A stretch of 64,000 bases of DNA from Octopus sinensis (GCF_006345805.1 NC_043002.1:20832001-20896000); one strand, 5' to 3'. Positions 36,554 through 50,784 are shown, counted from the stretch's first letter. Translations and numbers: made by a program. Notes: generated by a model not told the origin, from the sequence alone.

Positions 36554-37040
36554 GTATGTATATATGAAGAAAAAGAAAATGGAGACTGGGAAGTAAATAA
36601 TTGTTTATTATTAACATCAAATTTTATCATCTTCACTTACAGCTGTTTCATTTAATATTCAGTAAATATTAAGTAAATATTAAATTTAAATTTATATCAC
36701 CTGAGCATAATATCTTCAGAGGGGGGGGGAAATATACCTTTGGATGTCTTATATGAGTTTATGGATTCATTATAGCAGACTGAATGATCGAAAGTATATA
36801 TATATATTTCTGTAGTTTTCATCTGTGTATTTTTTGGCGATTTAATAAGAGATTTGACTGTTATTTCAAACAGGTAGACATACCTAGTATGTCTTTTGAT
36901 TAATTTTAATCCCTCGGCTATTTAATGCTATTTTTGGCCTGCTATCGCCAGTGTCAATAATTCTGTTATTATCATTTTCAAAATAGTTACATTGGATAAT
37001 AATAGAATTAATGACACCTTCGCAAATAAATTTTATATAT

Positions 37041-37340
37041 ATCTATATATATATAGCTGAAGTTGTCTGTGTGTGGCAGGTTTGGTAGCCTTCAACTAAC
37101 ACTATCTCCTCTGAGACCCTGCGGTGCAAGTTGACCAAAATTGAGAGTATGATAGAAGAAGGCTTGCTCTTCATTCCGTAGAAGATAAAATTCAAATCAG
37201 ACCATGTTAAGACCAAAAATTATTTACATCAAAAAGGTGCTTTTTTTCTTTGAAAATCCCTATTTTTTACGATTTTTTGACAGCCGTGTCGCCATTTTTC
37301 GGTGTATTTCAACCAGAAAAATGTTCACTTAAAGAGAATA
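37041..37340 (+). mobile_element. Probable non-autonomous Helitron 5' portion
   Basis: Starts tctatatatatatagctgaagttgtctgtgtgt, then ...gttgaccaaaattgagagtatgatag, resembling Helitron MITE 5' ends. The 3' hairpin/CTAG was not found. Confidence 0.4.
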
Positions 37341-37949
37341 ACAAGCTACATAATTTATTTCAAAAATTCCAATTCTAAAAGTACGGTGGGTGATTACACG
37401 TGGTTGAATATATAAGGAAAAAATCAGATGAAAAAACACAGAAGATTTGTCTTACAAGACTAAAGAATATATTAGAATCATTATAGCAAAAGTATAATAC
37501 AATATTAAACAAAATAAGATGTTTTTCTTCCATGTTGAAAGAAAAAAAATCTTATTTTGTATAATATTGTATTATCCTTTTGCTATTATGTTTCTAATAT
37601 ATTCTTTTGTCTTATAAATCAAATCTTTGTTTTCATGTTATTTCGTTCCTTATATATATATAGAGAGAGAGAGATCGTTTTGGGATTTGGTTTGCAAGAT
37701 TCTTTATGTGAGTTCGTGTATTCAAGTCTATTTTGTTGTGTCTAGGGAGATTCATTCTCTTTTGGTGCCTTATTATTTAACACACGCACCAATAAAGTTT
37801 CCACTCATTTACTTTATTTATCCTAAAATTTTCGCTGCGTCTTGTAACTTTTTCAACAGTCGTTGACTCTGTCGGTTATCCGAGTTGCGTTCTTTTTTTT
37901 TTTGTGCGCAAGAAAAAAAAATGATGAGTGGAAACTTTACCGTGAGTGT

Positions 37950-37989
<40 letters not shown>

Positions 37990-38011
37990 TACAGAGAGAG
38001 AGAGAGAGAGT

Positions 38012-38125
<114 letters not shown>

Positions 38126-38689
38126 AGAGCACATAATATAAACAATAGCTGTTAATTAAAATCATTGGTAATTATCGAGTAGTGGCAATTTAAGCTTTAA
38201 AGAAACCCAACCTGGTTGGTTTTCTTTTCATTAGAATTTGGTAACTCGTGCATTTGCATCACTCAGCTTGTGAACTGTTGTTGGGCACAATGAAAGTTTA
38301 TGTTTTGAGATTTGTAGGGAGATATCTTTTCTCTTAATTTTATATTTCCAAGCCAAATAGTAAATTTTGTGAATGGAGGATTACTTTTTGATTAATCTTG
38401 AAAGCAGTACCTCCCTCTGATAGTTATGTTAAATTATAATTGTATGTATTTTTAAGATCAAGGATCAGGGATCAATGATCAGTTATAAATATTACAGATG
38501 ATGTATGGTTTCAAATAGATTTTGATAGAAGAGTCTAAACTCAGAAAACAAATTAAGTAAAAAGTGAGAAAAAAATAAAAGCACGAAACTAAGAATATTT
38601 ATTAAAAAAGGAGAGAATTTACGAAAAGGAAGAAAAGATAACATCTTTTTCTAGAAGTATTAATGGAAGTTCTATAGCTCAGTTCTCAT

Positions 38690-39245
38690 CACCCAGATCA
38701 GGGTGACTGTATTTAAGCTGGCTGTGTCCAATTCCATAACATGAACTTACTGGCGTGTTTGCAACAACTGAATATCTCGGATTTAGTGATAGATACAAGT
38801 AGTTTTTTTTCGGATATAGAGAAACCACAATTTCTGTCGTTTAAATAACGTTTACACTTTTCAACAATTCTCCACCTGATGCTATAGTTCACAGCTTTAT
38901 CTTTTGGTTATTAGATACAGCTTGTTAGCGTTCTTACACACCGTTTCTTTCTTGTTCCTTAAGGAAGAGACGTGGTTGAGAATTCTTCTTTTGAATGGCC
39001 TTCAATCATACTAATATACCACTTATGTCTCATGCGTATTCGTTAACTTTCTTAGTTCCAATTTTCTGATGATAGATACTGCAATATGTTACGCCCCATT
39101 GCCTTATCCGCTCTTGATTTTTTTATGTACTAACCCCTCGTGATGTCAACTACTACCATATATCGGTTGACGAACTAGAAATATTGGTTTTAGTTAAGTA
39201 GCCACTGACGAAGAGGAGTTACCAAAACATTTAGATTGTACGTGA
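38690..39245 (-). mobile_element. Penelope-like element, decayed GIY-YIG C-terminus
   Basis: FKRRILNHVSSLRNKK...KDKAVNYSIRWRIVEKCKRY...SEKKLLV...SEIFSCCKHASKFML matches the PLE 'FK.RY.NH..SF...W.I...Y...C.L...EK...LN.RSE....CRH' pattern. Confidence 0.75.
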
Positions 39246-39256
39246 TGTAACTTGCA

Positions 39257-39312
<56 letters not shown>

Positions 39313-39679
39313 TGTGGGTGGTGTGTGTGGTGTGTGTGTGGTGTGTGTGTGTGTGTTGTGTGTTGTTGATGTGTGTGTGATATATATTCCATATGTGTAT
39401 TTCAGTTATTTGAGTGCTAGGGTTTTAGTCGAACAAATTGACCCCTTTTTTAAACCTAGTACTATATGTATACGCACATACGCACATATACATAGATACA
39501 CGCACATTAAATGCACATGTACTTATATATGTTTGGCTGTACACGCCTGAAACCGAACCCAATAAATACAGAAGAGTTTATTTGTCTGAAATTAGTGATT
39601 CGCTACTCCCAGTATCATGTTACTCACTTTGTCTCTCTTTCTCTCTTTTTATCTTTCTATCACTGCATTCATCGTTACA

Positions 39680-40225
<546 letters not shown>

Positions 40226-40621
40226 ACTTACATAAATACACACATGCACGCATACAGACACACACACACACATGCACGCATACAGACACACACAGACACA
40301 CACATACATGCACGCATACAGACACACACAGACACGCACACACACATATACACACACATGCATAAACGTGCTGTATACATGAAGCGATGAAAATATATAC
40401 ATTACAAACACACGTGTATTACTCTTTTACTCTTTTACTTGTTTCAGCCATCCGGCTGAGGCCATGCTGGGGCACCGCATATATATATATATATATATAT
40501 GAAATACAATCCCAATTAATATATGTCCAATGTACTTACACGCACGTGTTTACTGTGTATTTGTATTTATAATTCTGTGTGCGTGCGTTAGTTGGCGTAT
40601 GCTTGTGAATAAACACATACA

Positions 40622-40658
<37 letters not shown>

Positions 40659-41466
40659 CACACACACACAAACACGTACGCACACACACAAATACACACT
40701 CACACATAATTGTATGCATGTATATATATATGAATAGTTTTGCCCTTTGTGTGTTTGTCTGAGTAGTGAATATATAGATATGTATATATACAAACGAATA
40801 TACACACACGAACACATGTGTATACGTGTAACAGTGTGGGAGTATATGTGTGTTTGTCGTGTACAGATATTTTGTCACAGTTCCAAAACTGTCTGATCCT
40901 TATTTCCTCTTAAGACTTAAACAACTAATGTATCCCTTATGGTCCTTTTTATTATCAATTAACTGTTCTAAGACCAACAAACTCCCTTTTTTTATTCTAC
41001 AGATGTGCTGAGATATGGGGTGGGTGGACTTCTGGTGATAGATAGGAAGGCGGCAGTGCTATGCCAATAGGGATCTGGGGTTATGGGTTTTAGTATTGCG
41101 AATTGCTGGGTTCTATTTTAATACATAACCGCCTCAGACAATGTTACGTACTTACACAAACATAAATATACGGTTACATACATACATATATACTTACATA
41201 CATGCAAAAATACATACGTGCATACGTACATTAATTGTACATACATACGTACGTACATACATACATACATGCAACTTTGAACCGCAATTCCTTGAATCTT
41301 ACAAGTGTCAAAAATCCAGCTTTTCGTGTGAATCTGCGTGCGTATATGTCTGTGTATACGCACGCATATATACGCATACATACATACATACACATATGTG
41401 CGTGTCTATATATAAATACGTGTGTGTGTCTGTGTATATACACATATATACATATATACACATGAT

Positions 41467-41498
<32 letters not shown>

Positions 41499-41571
41499 TA
41501 TATATATATATATGCAGTAATGTATATAATCTACACTATGTGTATATGTATGTGTATATATGTGTTTATGC

Positions 41572-41606
<35 letters not shown>

Positions 41607-41662
41607 CACATTCATTTACATAGCCAAAGACATATATGTGAACCTCGGAGTGTGCCTGTTCG

Positions 41663-41709
<47 letters not shown>

Positions 41710-42344
41710 TTGTGGATATATAGGGCGAACCTATATTTATCAGAAAAGGGCAGGATGCGAGAGTATATGATAGGAAGGGGTTTGAGTCTGTGACTGAAAG
41801 ATGTTTGTCAGACAGAGCAATGAGTGATCTACAGAGAACACCTATGGACGAGGAAGGAACAAGATGGCGGTGACATGTCGCTGGAATAGCCATTTGTTGT
41901 TAGAATGGAAGGAAGTATGGAGAATAAAAGATAACAGAACACGAGACAAAAAATAATCGTGCAACGTGTGACAGGCAGATAAATAAATAAAATAAAAACA
42001 AAGCGTTGGCGTTGTCTTATCTTTTCTGGGTCTGTTTCAAAATTTCGTACCGAAAGAAAAAGATCTAGTTTGCAACCCATTAACTAAGTTCCTTTCACTG
42101 GAATTTAGGCTTCAGTATCTCACAGACGAATATGTATGTATGTATATATGTATGTGTGTGTGCATGTATGTATGTATGTATGTAATGTATGTATGTATGT
42201 ATGTATGTATGTGATGTATGAATGTGTGTGTGTATGTGTGTATGTATTTATGTAATGTATGTATGTGTGTGTGTATGTATGCATGCATGCATGTATGTAT
42301 GCCTGTCTGTATGTATGTATGCATGCATGTATGTATGTATTTAT

Positions 42345-42577
42345 TTTTCTTTACTAATCACAAGGGGCTAAACACAGAGGGGACAAACAAGGACAGAAAA
42401 AGGGATTAAGTCGATTACATCGACCCCAGTGCGTAACTAGTACTTAATTTATCGACCCCGAAAAGATGAAAGGCAAAGTCGACCTCGGTGGGAATTTGAA
42501 CTCAGAACGTAACGGCAGACGAAATACGGCTACGCATTTCGCCCGGCGTGCTAACGTTTCTGCCAGCTCCCGCCTTT
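42345..42577 (-). mobile_element. SINE family B, single unit
   Basis: Head ctgccagctcccgcct through tail tttctttactaatcacaagggg. Confidence 0.9.
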
Positions 42578-42624
42578 TATGTATGTATTTATGTATGTAT
42601 GTATGTATGCATGCATATATGTAT

Positions 42625-43706
42625 ACTTTCTTTTTTATATTTAGAGTAAATTTTGACCCACCACCTACTTAGTAGCAAGATTGTGAAGGAAAGTACATTG
42701 TTTTGTTCATCATCCTTCAAATCTTATGTATGTATGCATGTTATGTATGTATGTATGATGTATGTATGTATGTATGTATGTATGTATGTATGTATGTTTT
42801 CTCTTTCTTTTTTTATTCAGAATAAATCTTGACCGGCCACCTGCTTCGTAGTAAGCTTATGAAGGAAAGCACTTTGTTTCGTTCATCATCCTTTAAATCT
42901 TAAGAAGGACTTGCAGATTTGTATAGTCCCAGATATTGTTATCATTTGCAGTGAATGAATTCAGGATTTGTGTTCTCTCCCCAGGAACCTAAGTTCAGTC
43001 ATACTTTGCTCCAGACGGGTTGGTATGTACCCTGTTGATCGCATAATAATAATAGGTATGAAGCTGTAAGTGTATCTTGGGTACTGGATTTTTAAACTCT
43101 TTATCAGTTTTATCATTTGGTTCTCTTTCTCTTTGCTTTTTTTAATCCCACCTGTGTCCAGATGGTAGACGAATTCCACAACAGAACATATCTTTTCCTC
43201 GTGGTCCCACACAACAATATTTGGTCAGTTGTTTTTTAACTTTGTGGCTGATTTAATTTCTAAGTTCGGCCAAAATATTTTTGACCCATCAGTCTCAATA
43301 TAGTCAACTTCGTCTAGGTATTTACTCTTTCGTTAACCTGTTTCAAACTGTTCTGTCCGCCACATCATGCCTCATGGAAAGATAATATCTGGAAGACATT
43401 CTCTCGTACTTGGCAATAATGCAGTTGATGACTTCAGTCTTAGTTTTGTACAGACTACATTTGTTATCTAATAAGTGTTTTCTGCCTTTCATGTTGTAAG
43501 TACTTGATGGGGATCGTTTGTTCTTGAATTGCATGGGGGTAGCCTTCGAAGTAGGACATCATAAACATGTCGGTACTCTGTGCCAAGCTTTTGACGTGAT
43601 CAATTCCATCTATGGTTTGTATTTTTCGTGCCAAGTTCTTTATTCTCAGTGAACTGGCCAATTTTTCTAATTTTATTCTAATAGATTTTACTAATGATCC
43701 TTGGTG
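42625..43706 (-). mobile_element. R4/Dong-like (restriction-like endonuclease) non-LTR retrotransposon 3' fragment, plus a second isolated 3' end (42625-42726)
   Basis: Zinc-knuckle-like CSLYK..EVINCII...MSSRYYLSMRHDVA, then VWDHEEKICSVVEF..LDT..KK.KEKE....LI..L.I.YP.YTYSFIPIII...G.IP, then LQMITISGTIQICKSFLRFKG*. Confidence 0.75.
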
Positions 43707-44080
43707 TCTGTGTATGTATGTATGTATGTATGTGTGTGTATGTATGCATGTATGTGTGTGTATGTGTTTGCATGTGTGTGTATGTGTTTGCATGTGTATG
43801 TGTATGTGTATGTGTGTGTATGTGTATGTATGTGTGTATGTATGTGTATGTGTGTGTGTATGTGTGTGCATGTGTGTGTGCATGAGTGTGTATGTGTGTG
43901 TATGTGTGTGCATGTGTGTGTGTATGAGTGTGTATGTGTATGCGTGTGTATGTGTGTGTGTATGTGTGTGTATGTGTATGCGTGTGTATGTGTGTGCATG
44001 TGTGTGTATGTGTGCGTGTGTATGTATGTGTGTGTGTATGTATGTGTATGTATGTGTGTATGTATGTATGGTATGTATGC
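43706..44080. repeat. (TG)/(TATG) compound microsatellite
   Basis: Direct reading. Confidence 0.95.
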
Positions 44081-44889
44081 TCTCTTCTATCTTTATCTGA
44101 AATCTCGTAAGAAAAGAGCTGTTTTTTTAAAAATCATCTCTTTTCTTCCTTTTTTATTTGTTTTGTTTACAAAGTTCCATCATTGGAAAACAAAAAAAAA
44201 TTCGCATATTTTTACTGTCAGAATGGTATTTCTGTCCTGTGGACCAATGACGCAGTCTTCCGATTTCCTCAGAATACGATAAATGACTCGCTTATGTGTA
44301 TTTATGTACACACAATGTCACAGAGAAACTTATCTCTATCATACTTCAGCCTAACTGTAAAACATAATCACTTCCGATGTTTTACTACTGCGTACTTGTC
44401 CAGGACAAAAACCAGTTTATCTATTACTCTGATCATGATCTCTGGGAACCTTGGCAAGTCGAAGGGCTTCTATCCTCCTGAGTCGCGACATCTCTGACAC
44501 TACAGTTTTATTGATTACTAATTCCTCAACGTATTCCCAAACACTTTTCTTCTTAGCTGCCTATTCAACAGCTATGATACTGTTTTTATCTTAGAGACCC
44601 TTGAGGTGTAGGTTCAAATAGCACCTACACAATTTGTACAATGAATTCTGGCATGCAATTTATTAGTGGTTCTTTGATATGGGATTGGTCGCATTTTTCG
44701 TATTTTGCTTGTTTTAACCAATGCCAGTCAGTTTGGCGGATTTTTATCCCCTGAGACAGCTTGGTGGTAGAGGTCGATGAGACGCCCGAACAGACGTTCG
44801 GTTTTTGCATTAGTAGTCGACAAACAAGGCTTTTATTGGTACTTTGCCATCCTGTGGTCTTTCTATCACACTTTTGGGGCAACACTGAT

Positions 44890-45124
44890 ACTCTCTTTTT
44901 ACTCTTTACTCTTTTACTTGTTTCAGTTATTTGACTGTGGCCATGTTGGAGCACCGCCTTTTAGTCGAACAAATCGACCCCAGGACTTATTCATTGTAAG
45001 CCTTGTACTTATTCTATCGGTCTATCTTGCCGAACCGCTAAGTTACGGGGACATAAACACACTAGCATCGGTTGTCAAGCGATGTTAGGGGGACAAACAT
45101 AGACACACAAACATATATACGTAC

Positions 45125-45171
<47 letters not shown>

Positions 45172-45317
45172 ATACATACATATACGACGGGCTTCTTTCA
45201 GTTTCCGTCTACCAAATCCACTCACAAGTTTCAGTAGACTACAGTGGAAAACACCGGATTGAACCCGGAACCATGTGGTTGGTAAACAAGCTACTTACCA
45301 CACAGCCACTCCTGCGC
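44890..45317 (-). mobile_element. SINE family A, near full length
   Basis: Tail, central (TA)n and head present; small deletion in the 5' half. Confidence 0.9.
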
Positions 45318-45908
45318 GTATAATTTTCGTGAAATACTGCAATATATATTCTTACCACACTATATCATAGTTAAACGCTTTCTTCTCACTTTAGAGTTTT
45401 CTCCACAATGAATTAATGCCTTTCTGAAAAGGTAACTTTGTGATTTTTAATGATCTTTCCCGTATCTCTCCGTTGAGCAATGACTGATTTTCACCGAACC
45501 TCATATTAATCATATTGCTTTCAGCTGTTAAACTTTAACTCTTGTTTTAAAGTGATCAATTTATACCATTTTCTATTTGTTGTTTGACAAAGATGATTTC
45601 TGATTTATTTTCAATCGTTTCTGACAAGTTTAGTAATTTGCTTGCTTTGCATTGGAAGTCTCACCACATAGCTGATAGTCTTTTGGTAATCAGCGGTCTT
45701 TTTTCCTTTCTATTTTTCCAAATCCATGATGGCATTATTCTAAATTATTTTGCTTTGTTTAATTCTTTAGAATCGACAAGATATTACTTAACAGTTGTGA
45801 AAAGCACACACCAACGAGCGTTTAATTTCCAAATGAAGAGCTAGTATTCTTGTAATTCATTGCTGCTAAGATATATATATATATATGCAATTGTACTTAT
45901 GACATATT

Positions 45909-45972
<64 letters not shown>

Positions 45973-46253
45973 AGGCTTTTAGGCCAGTAGCTGTCTGATA
46001 CCGCCACATGCACATATACACAGGTATAGGTATATATGTATGTATGTATATATTATATATTATATATATATATAATATATATATATATAGATATAATTAT
46101 ATAATTATATGTGTATATATATATAATGTATGTATATATATATATATATATATATAGTATAAGGGTGTGAAAAAGGAACACACGAGTTGATATATATGAA
46201 AAACAAGGTAAAAATAGGGCAAAATGCTAAAATAATTTTATTAGTGAAACATT

Positions 46254-46293
46254 TCAGTACCGTTTCGGTCATTTTGAGACCTTTTCAACTGTA
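46254..46293 (-). ncRNA. Degenerate minimal HHR-like motif
   Basis: CAG-TTGAAAA-GGTC-tcaaaat-GACC-GAAAC-g-GTA-CTG; the core has decayed from CTGAAGA. Confidence 0.35.
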
Positions 46294-46414
46294 ACGATTA
46301 AATAATTAAATTTAGAAAAATTAGAAGGAAAGTTTTTTAAAAGAATATTTATATAGTAGTGTTCAGATTTAATGCATTCGCCTTTCTATGACTCCATGTT
46401 TGCACTTGTGTGTT

Positions 46415-46493
<79 letters not shown>

Positions 46494-46509
46494 AAAAGAG
46501 ACAAAAGAA

Positions 46510-46552
<43 letters not shown>

Positions 46553-46564
46553 TAGACAGACAGG

Positions 46565-46664
<100 letters not shown>

Positions 46665-46672
46665 CAGACATA

Positions 46673-46900
46673 TGCCGTAAGGTCTGCAAATCTAACGGAT
46701 GCCCCAAAAGACATTTTAAGACCCACAAAGATCAGAACTTAACTGCAGCTCTTCCTGATCCAAATCGGATATGCAATCTGTGTGGGTGTCTTTTCAATCC
46801 ATTGTCTGGTTTAAAAATCCACATCAGACGCCATGATAGCTCTAACGTGTAGGTACAGGAGGTGGTCAGACTCTGCATAAGGATTAGACATCCACCATAT
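46673..46900 (+). mobile_element. RTE-type LINE 3' end with two C2H2-like fingers and 3' UTR ending in (AT)n
   Basis: [18 protein letters not shown]...ICNLCGCLFNPLSGLKIHIRRHDSSNV* (stop 46850-46852); no TGEKP linker. Confidence 0.6.
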
Positions 46901-46905
46901 ATATA

Positions 46906-46936
<31 letters not shown>

Positions 46937-46949
46937 AACTGTACTGGGA

Positions 46950-47110
46950 GAAAAAGAAGAAGAGAAGAAAAGAAGAAGAAGAAGAAGAAGAAGAAGAAGC
47001 AGAAGAAGAGAAGAAGAAGAAGAAGAAGAGAAAGAAGAGAAGAAGAAGAAGAAGAAGAAGAAGAAGAAGAAGAAGAAGAAGAAGAAACGAAACGAAACGA
47101 AACGGAACGA
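46950..47110. repeat. (GAA)n tract followed by (GAAAC)n/(GAATC)n
   Basis: Direct reading. Confidence 0.95.
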
Positions 47111-48911
47111 ATCGAATCGAATCGACGCGAAGGCGCCCAGTCATACAATAGTGTAATAAATAAAATATATGCATACATACATACATATATGTACGTACCT
47201 ACATCTACATGTATATATACATGCATATATAAATATATATACGTGAGTACAGGACACCACAAATAGACGCGTGTGTATGTATGCATGTATGTACACACAC
47301 GCACACACACACATATATATTTATATAAAGATAGGTAGCTAGCTAGAGAGAAAGAAGGAAGGAGGGAGAGAAAGGGAGTCTGCATAGTATTGTATTTTCA
47401 AAAGTGTATGATTCTGGTGCAAGACCGAACACTTCTAAGAAACACCAACCACTCTCGGAGTTCAGTGGGTAGTCCATTCTTATTCACCCCTACCGATCCT
47501 TCCCTCCTCAATTCATCAAGTTCATTACCACTTCTATTTTATTTCAAAACAATGTTAACAGAACTTAAATCTAAGCGAAAACAAATGAGAATCTTTTCTA
47601 TGGTAAGAAATCCTTACAAGACATCAAACAACACTGAATAAAAAAGAATAAGAAAATAAGAGAAAGACGAAACAAAAATTGATCAAAGCAGACGATAGTT
47701 TGTTTTGTTTTTTTTACGCAACAAAAGGAAGATAACTAGTCGTTATCTGACGTGATATTTATTCAAATTTTCTTCATTATATATTATAGTGTCTTATCTT
47801 CTATTGTTATCATTTATTTCCGCTGTTTTGAACCCAGTTGAACTTCTGTAGAGTATATATAAATTTTTTCTTGATTATTGTATTTTTCTCTTTCTTTGTT
47901 TCAAAATGAGACACTGTCCTCAGTACTACATAAAATTGATTGGTTTCGGTTACTTTTCAGTATATGATACGTTTATGTGTGCGAATAATTTGATGTGTGT
48001 GTGTGTGTGTGTCTGTGTCTGTATGTGTGTCTGTATCTGTGTGTGTAGTTGTGTATACCTCTATGTGTGTTCTTGCATTTAACTGATTGCATATTTGTGC
48101 TAATAGGCATGCATGCGTGCTTGTGTGGTAGTTATGTGTGTACATGTGTGTCTGTATGTGGTGTGTGTGTGTGTGTGTGTGGTGTTGTCTGTGTGTGTGT
48201 GTGCATGTTTGCTTATAAGCATATGTGTATGCTTGACTGTTGTTATGAGGCTTATTTGTTATGTGTTTATAGTGAGTGTGTGCTTGTAAGGTTTATTAGT
48301 ATGTACACGCACTTATGTACGTGAATGTGTGTGTGTTCCTGTGTGGTCCTACGTATTGTATGTAAAGCCAGTAACGTGAAATGACAGTATACTAACGGTG
48401 AAACGTGTCTCTAGCTTGGTTTCTATTCTTAGTTGGAACAATGTCTTTTATAATGCATGGAACAATATCACTTATAATTCATAAGTTATAGCGGCGTCTT
48501 TAAACTAGACACAAGTACAGAATTTTATTTTCCGAGACGGGAAATGTGAAACGTGATCTTCACGCTTATCGCTAGAGCATTCAGTTACTCAAAAAATTAT
48601 GGCAAAGATAATTCCTTCTAACCGGAAATCGAAATTAACTGTAGTACAGTTTCGTTTTACTGGGAGATTATTTTTAATAACAATTGCGTCAGATAATGAA
48701 GGATCACGTCTCGGTTTCCTCCATGCGTGTTCCATTTGATTGATCTACGGAACGACCAACTCGTTCAGTTATTGTGTACATGGCGGATTTTTTTGCAGAC
48801 ATTTGTACATGTAGTCTTCAGATACGATGATAAAAGGACTGTTTATTTGAATTATAGATGTTCCATCGGATACGCTTTATTCGCCTTGGATGTACCGGGA
48901 TGCGAAATTTT

Positions 48912-49338
48912 GGATCTTTTCGGTTTGAACGGCAGTTTTTTCTAGCGGTGTCATATGAAATTGTCACCCATAATTATGACCCTAGTATCGATCTATTGCA
49001 TTTCAATCTGTTTTAGGGTTAGGGTTAGGGTTAGGGTTAGCGTGGGGGGGATGGTATCTTTTTTTCTTCACAAATGTAAATAAACCCAATCTGTTTCTTA
49101 AACGAGGGACATATACATACGGCACAGAATGTTTTTTTACCTCAATAGACGTCATTGATTGGTTGAAATTGCAGAAATTAAAGAAAAAAACAACAAATAT
49201 CTTACAAACCATAGACTTTTCTCAATAAAGCCAAGAGAAAAAGATGTTTTATAAATACATTCTACCAGTATACGAAGTTTAAAAGTGTTTAGTTACGTGG
49301 AAATTATTTAAAAAAACTGCCGTTCAACCGAAAAGACC
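48912..49338. mobile_element. Second copy of the (TTAGGG)-containing MITE
   Basis: Same TIRs and body as 598-1023; TSD gaaatttt / gaaatgtt (1 mismatch). Confidence 0.92.
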
Positions 49339-49356
49339 GAAATGTTTTCTCCAGTA

Positions 49357-49722
49357 ATGAACTCATTTGCATACAGCCAATCAGAGCTTGTTGTCAAGGT
49401 TATGTCTGATTTTAAAAGGAAACAAGTAATTAGATAGATTTGCATCTATACTTATTATCAGATTTTGTTAGGGCCCCATATGGTAAAGATGTGGATGGGA
49501 AAAATGTGGGTAGAGAGTGATGTGCTAGCAACCCTCTCCATTTACTGTGTTACAAAGTAAACAACAACACCAATAATTACGCAGAGGCAGCCATGGTTGA
49601 AACAAGTACAAGATCAAGAAGCATTATTAAAAGAGAAAAGAAACATGGTCATTCCTTACCCAAGTGACCTTATCTTATCGTTGATAGTTGAGCTCTGATT
49701 CGCTGTATGCAAATGAGTTCAT
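49357..49722. repeat. 32-bp inverted repeat containing octamer (ATTTGCAT) and CCAAT-like motifs
   Basis: ATGAACTCATTTGCATACAGCCAATCAGAGCT (49357-49388) versus AGCTCTGATTCGCTGTATGCAAATGAGTTCAT (49691-49722); 1 mismatch. Confidence 0.85.
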
Positions 49723-49784
49723 AAATGGGGTCCGGAACTCTCGTGGGAAAAATGGCTACAGGGATTACCGTAGAAGACACATAC

Positions 49785-49852
49785 CTTATGAACCTCAGAA
49801 ACCGGGACTGCATGATTGCGAAACTAGCATCTTGGCCATCACTTAATAGTTG
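49785..49852 (-). CDS. Putative internal coding exon (68 nt, QLLSDGQDASFAIMQSRFLRFI-R), product unknown
   Basis: Strong acceptor ttttttcttcttcag and donor aag|gtatgt; only frame 0 is open; unique non-repeat sequence. Confidence 0.45.
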
Positions 49853-49962
49853 CTGAAGAAGAAAAAATATAGTCACATTTTTGCCTTTCCTTCTTCTGTT
49901 AAACTTGATATAGCAATGGGTGACCGCAGTTTAAACAAATTAAGTGCGTACACATGTGTTGT

Positions 49963-50022
<60 letters not shown>

Positions 50023-50784
50023 ATTTATAATAGGATTAGCTCGTATACGAGTAGGTATATATTTGTAAAAAATGAAGTTCGAAAATGCTGCTGTATTATA
50101 CAATTTTTAATTTTTATATATACATTATAACATGTTTCAGTTCCTGAAATGAACCTTATCAAAAAAAGTTATATATAAAAAAAGACAGCTCATGCCGTAA
50201 ACACAAGAAATTCATTTATAATACACAACGGAGTCAGACATCTTAGAGTTCATGTATAGTTGATATATAGTTCATGTATAGTTGATATATAGTTTGAAGT
50301 ATATGTTCAAAGTGTTCGATGCAGTGGCCCACGGTGGCGATACGTATTCAATACAAAAAACAGATCAAAGTGGTGGAAATCGGTCAATACAGAAGATTGA
50401 TGTTTCCGAAAGAGCGAGGAATTCATTTTTACCTTAAGCAATTGTGATGACCCATGGTGGATGTTCGCTGGGTGGTTCTAGTGGGTTTTGTGAAGTGCTC
50501 GGTTTTATAATGCCTGTTAGTGGTCAATCCAGCGTAGCGTGACGTCATCAACGTTTTGACCAATCGTTTCGTTAGGTGGCTTTAGTCAAGCAGAACGGGA
50601 CGTCATCATTATTCAATCGCTGCATTATAACTGCCTCTTCTTTGTTTCCGTTTTGACCAGTATCGTTAGTAATAGAACGGGACATATCCAGATTCAGGGC
50701 AGAATCTGGATGACATATATATATATATATACATATACATGCACACACGCATACGCATATATAAATACACACACGTTCAGATGC

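Noticed and set aside
36635-36720. CTGAAGA ... GAAAC-AGCT-GTA on the minus strand
   Set aside because: No stem II pairing between the two core halves.
44220-44497. 104-aa ORF with a good acceptor
   Set aside because: No recognisable homology and no partner exon on the plus strand.
48760-48900. TVYLNYRCSIGY as a sushi/CCP-like exon
   Set aside because: Weak donor, interrupted by a MITE insertion, and too little motif support.
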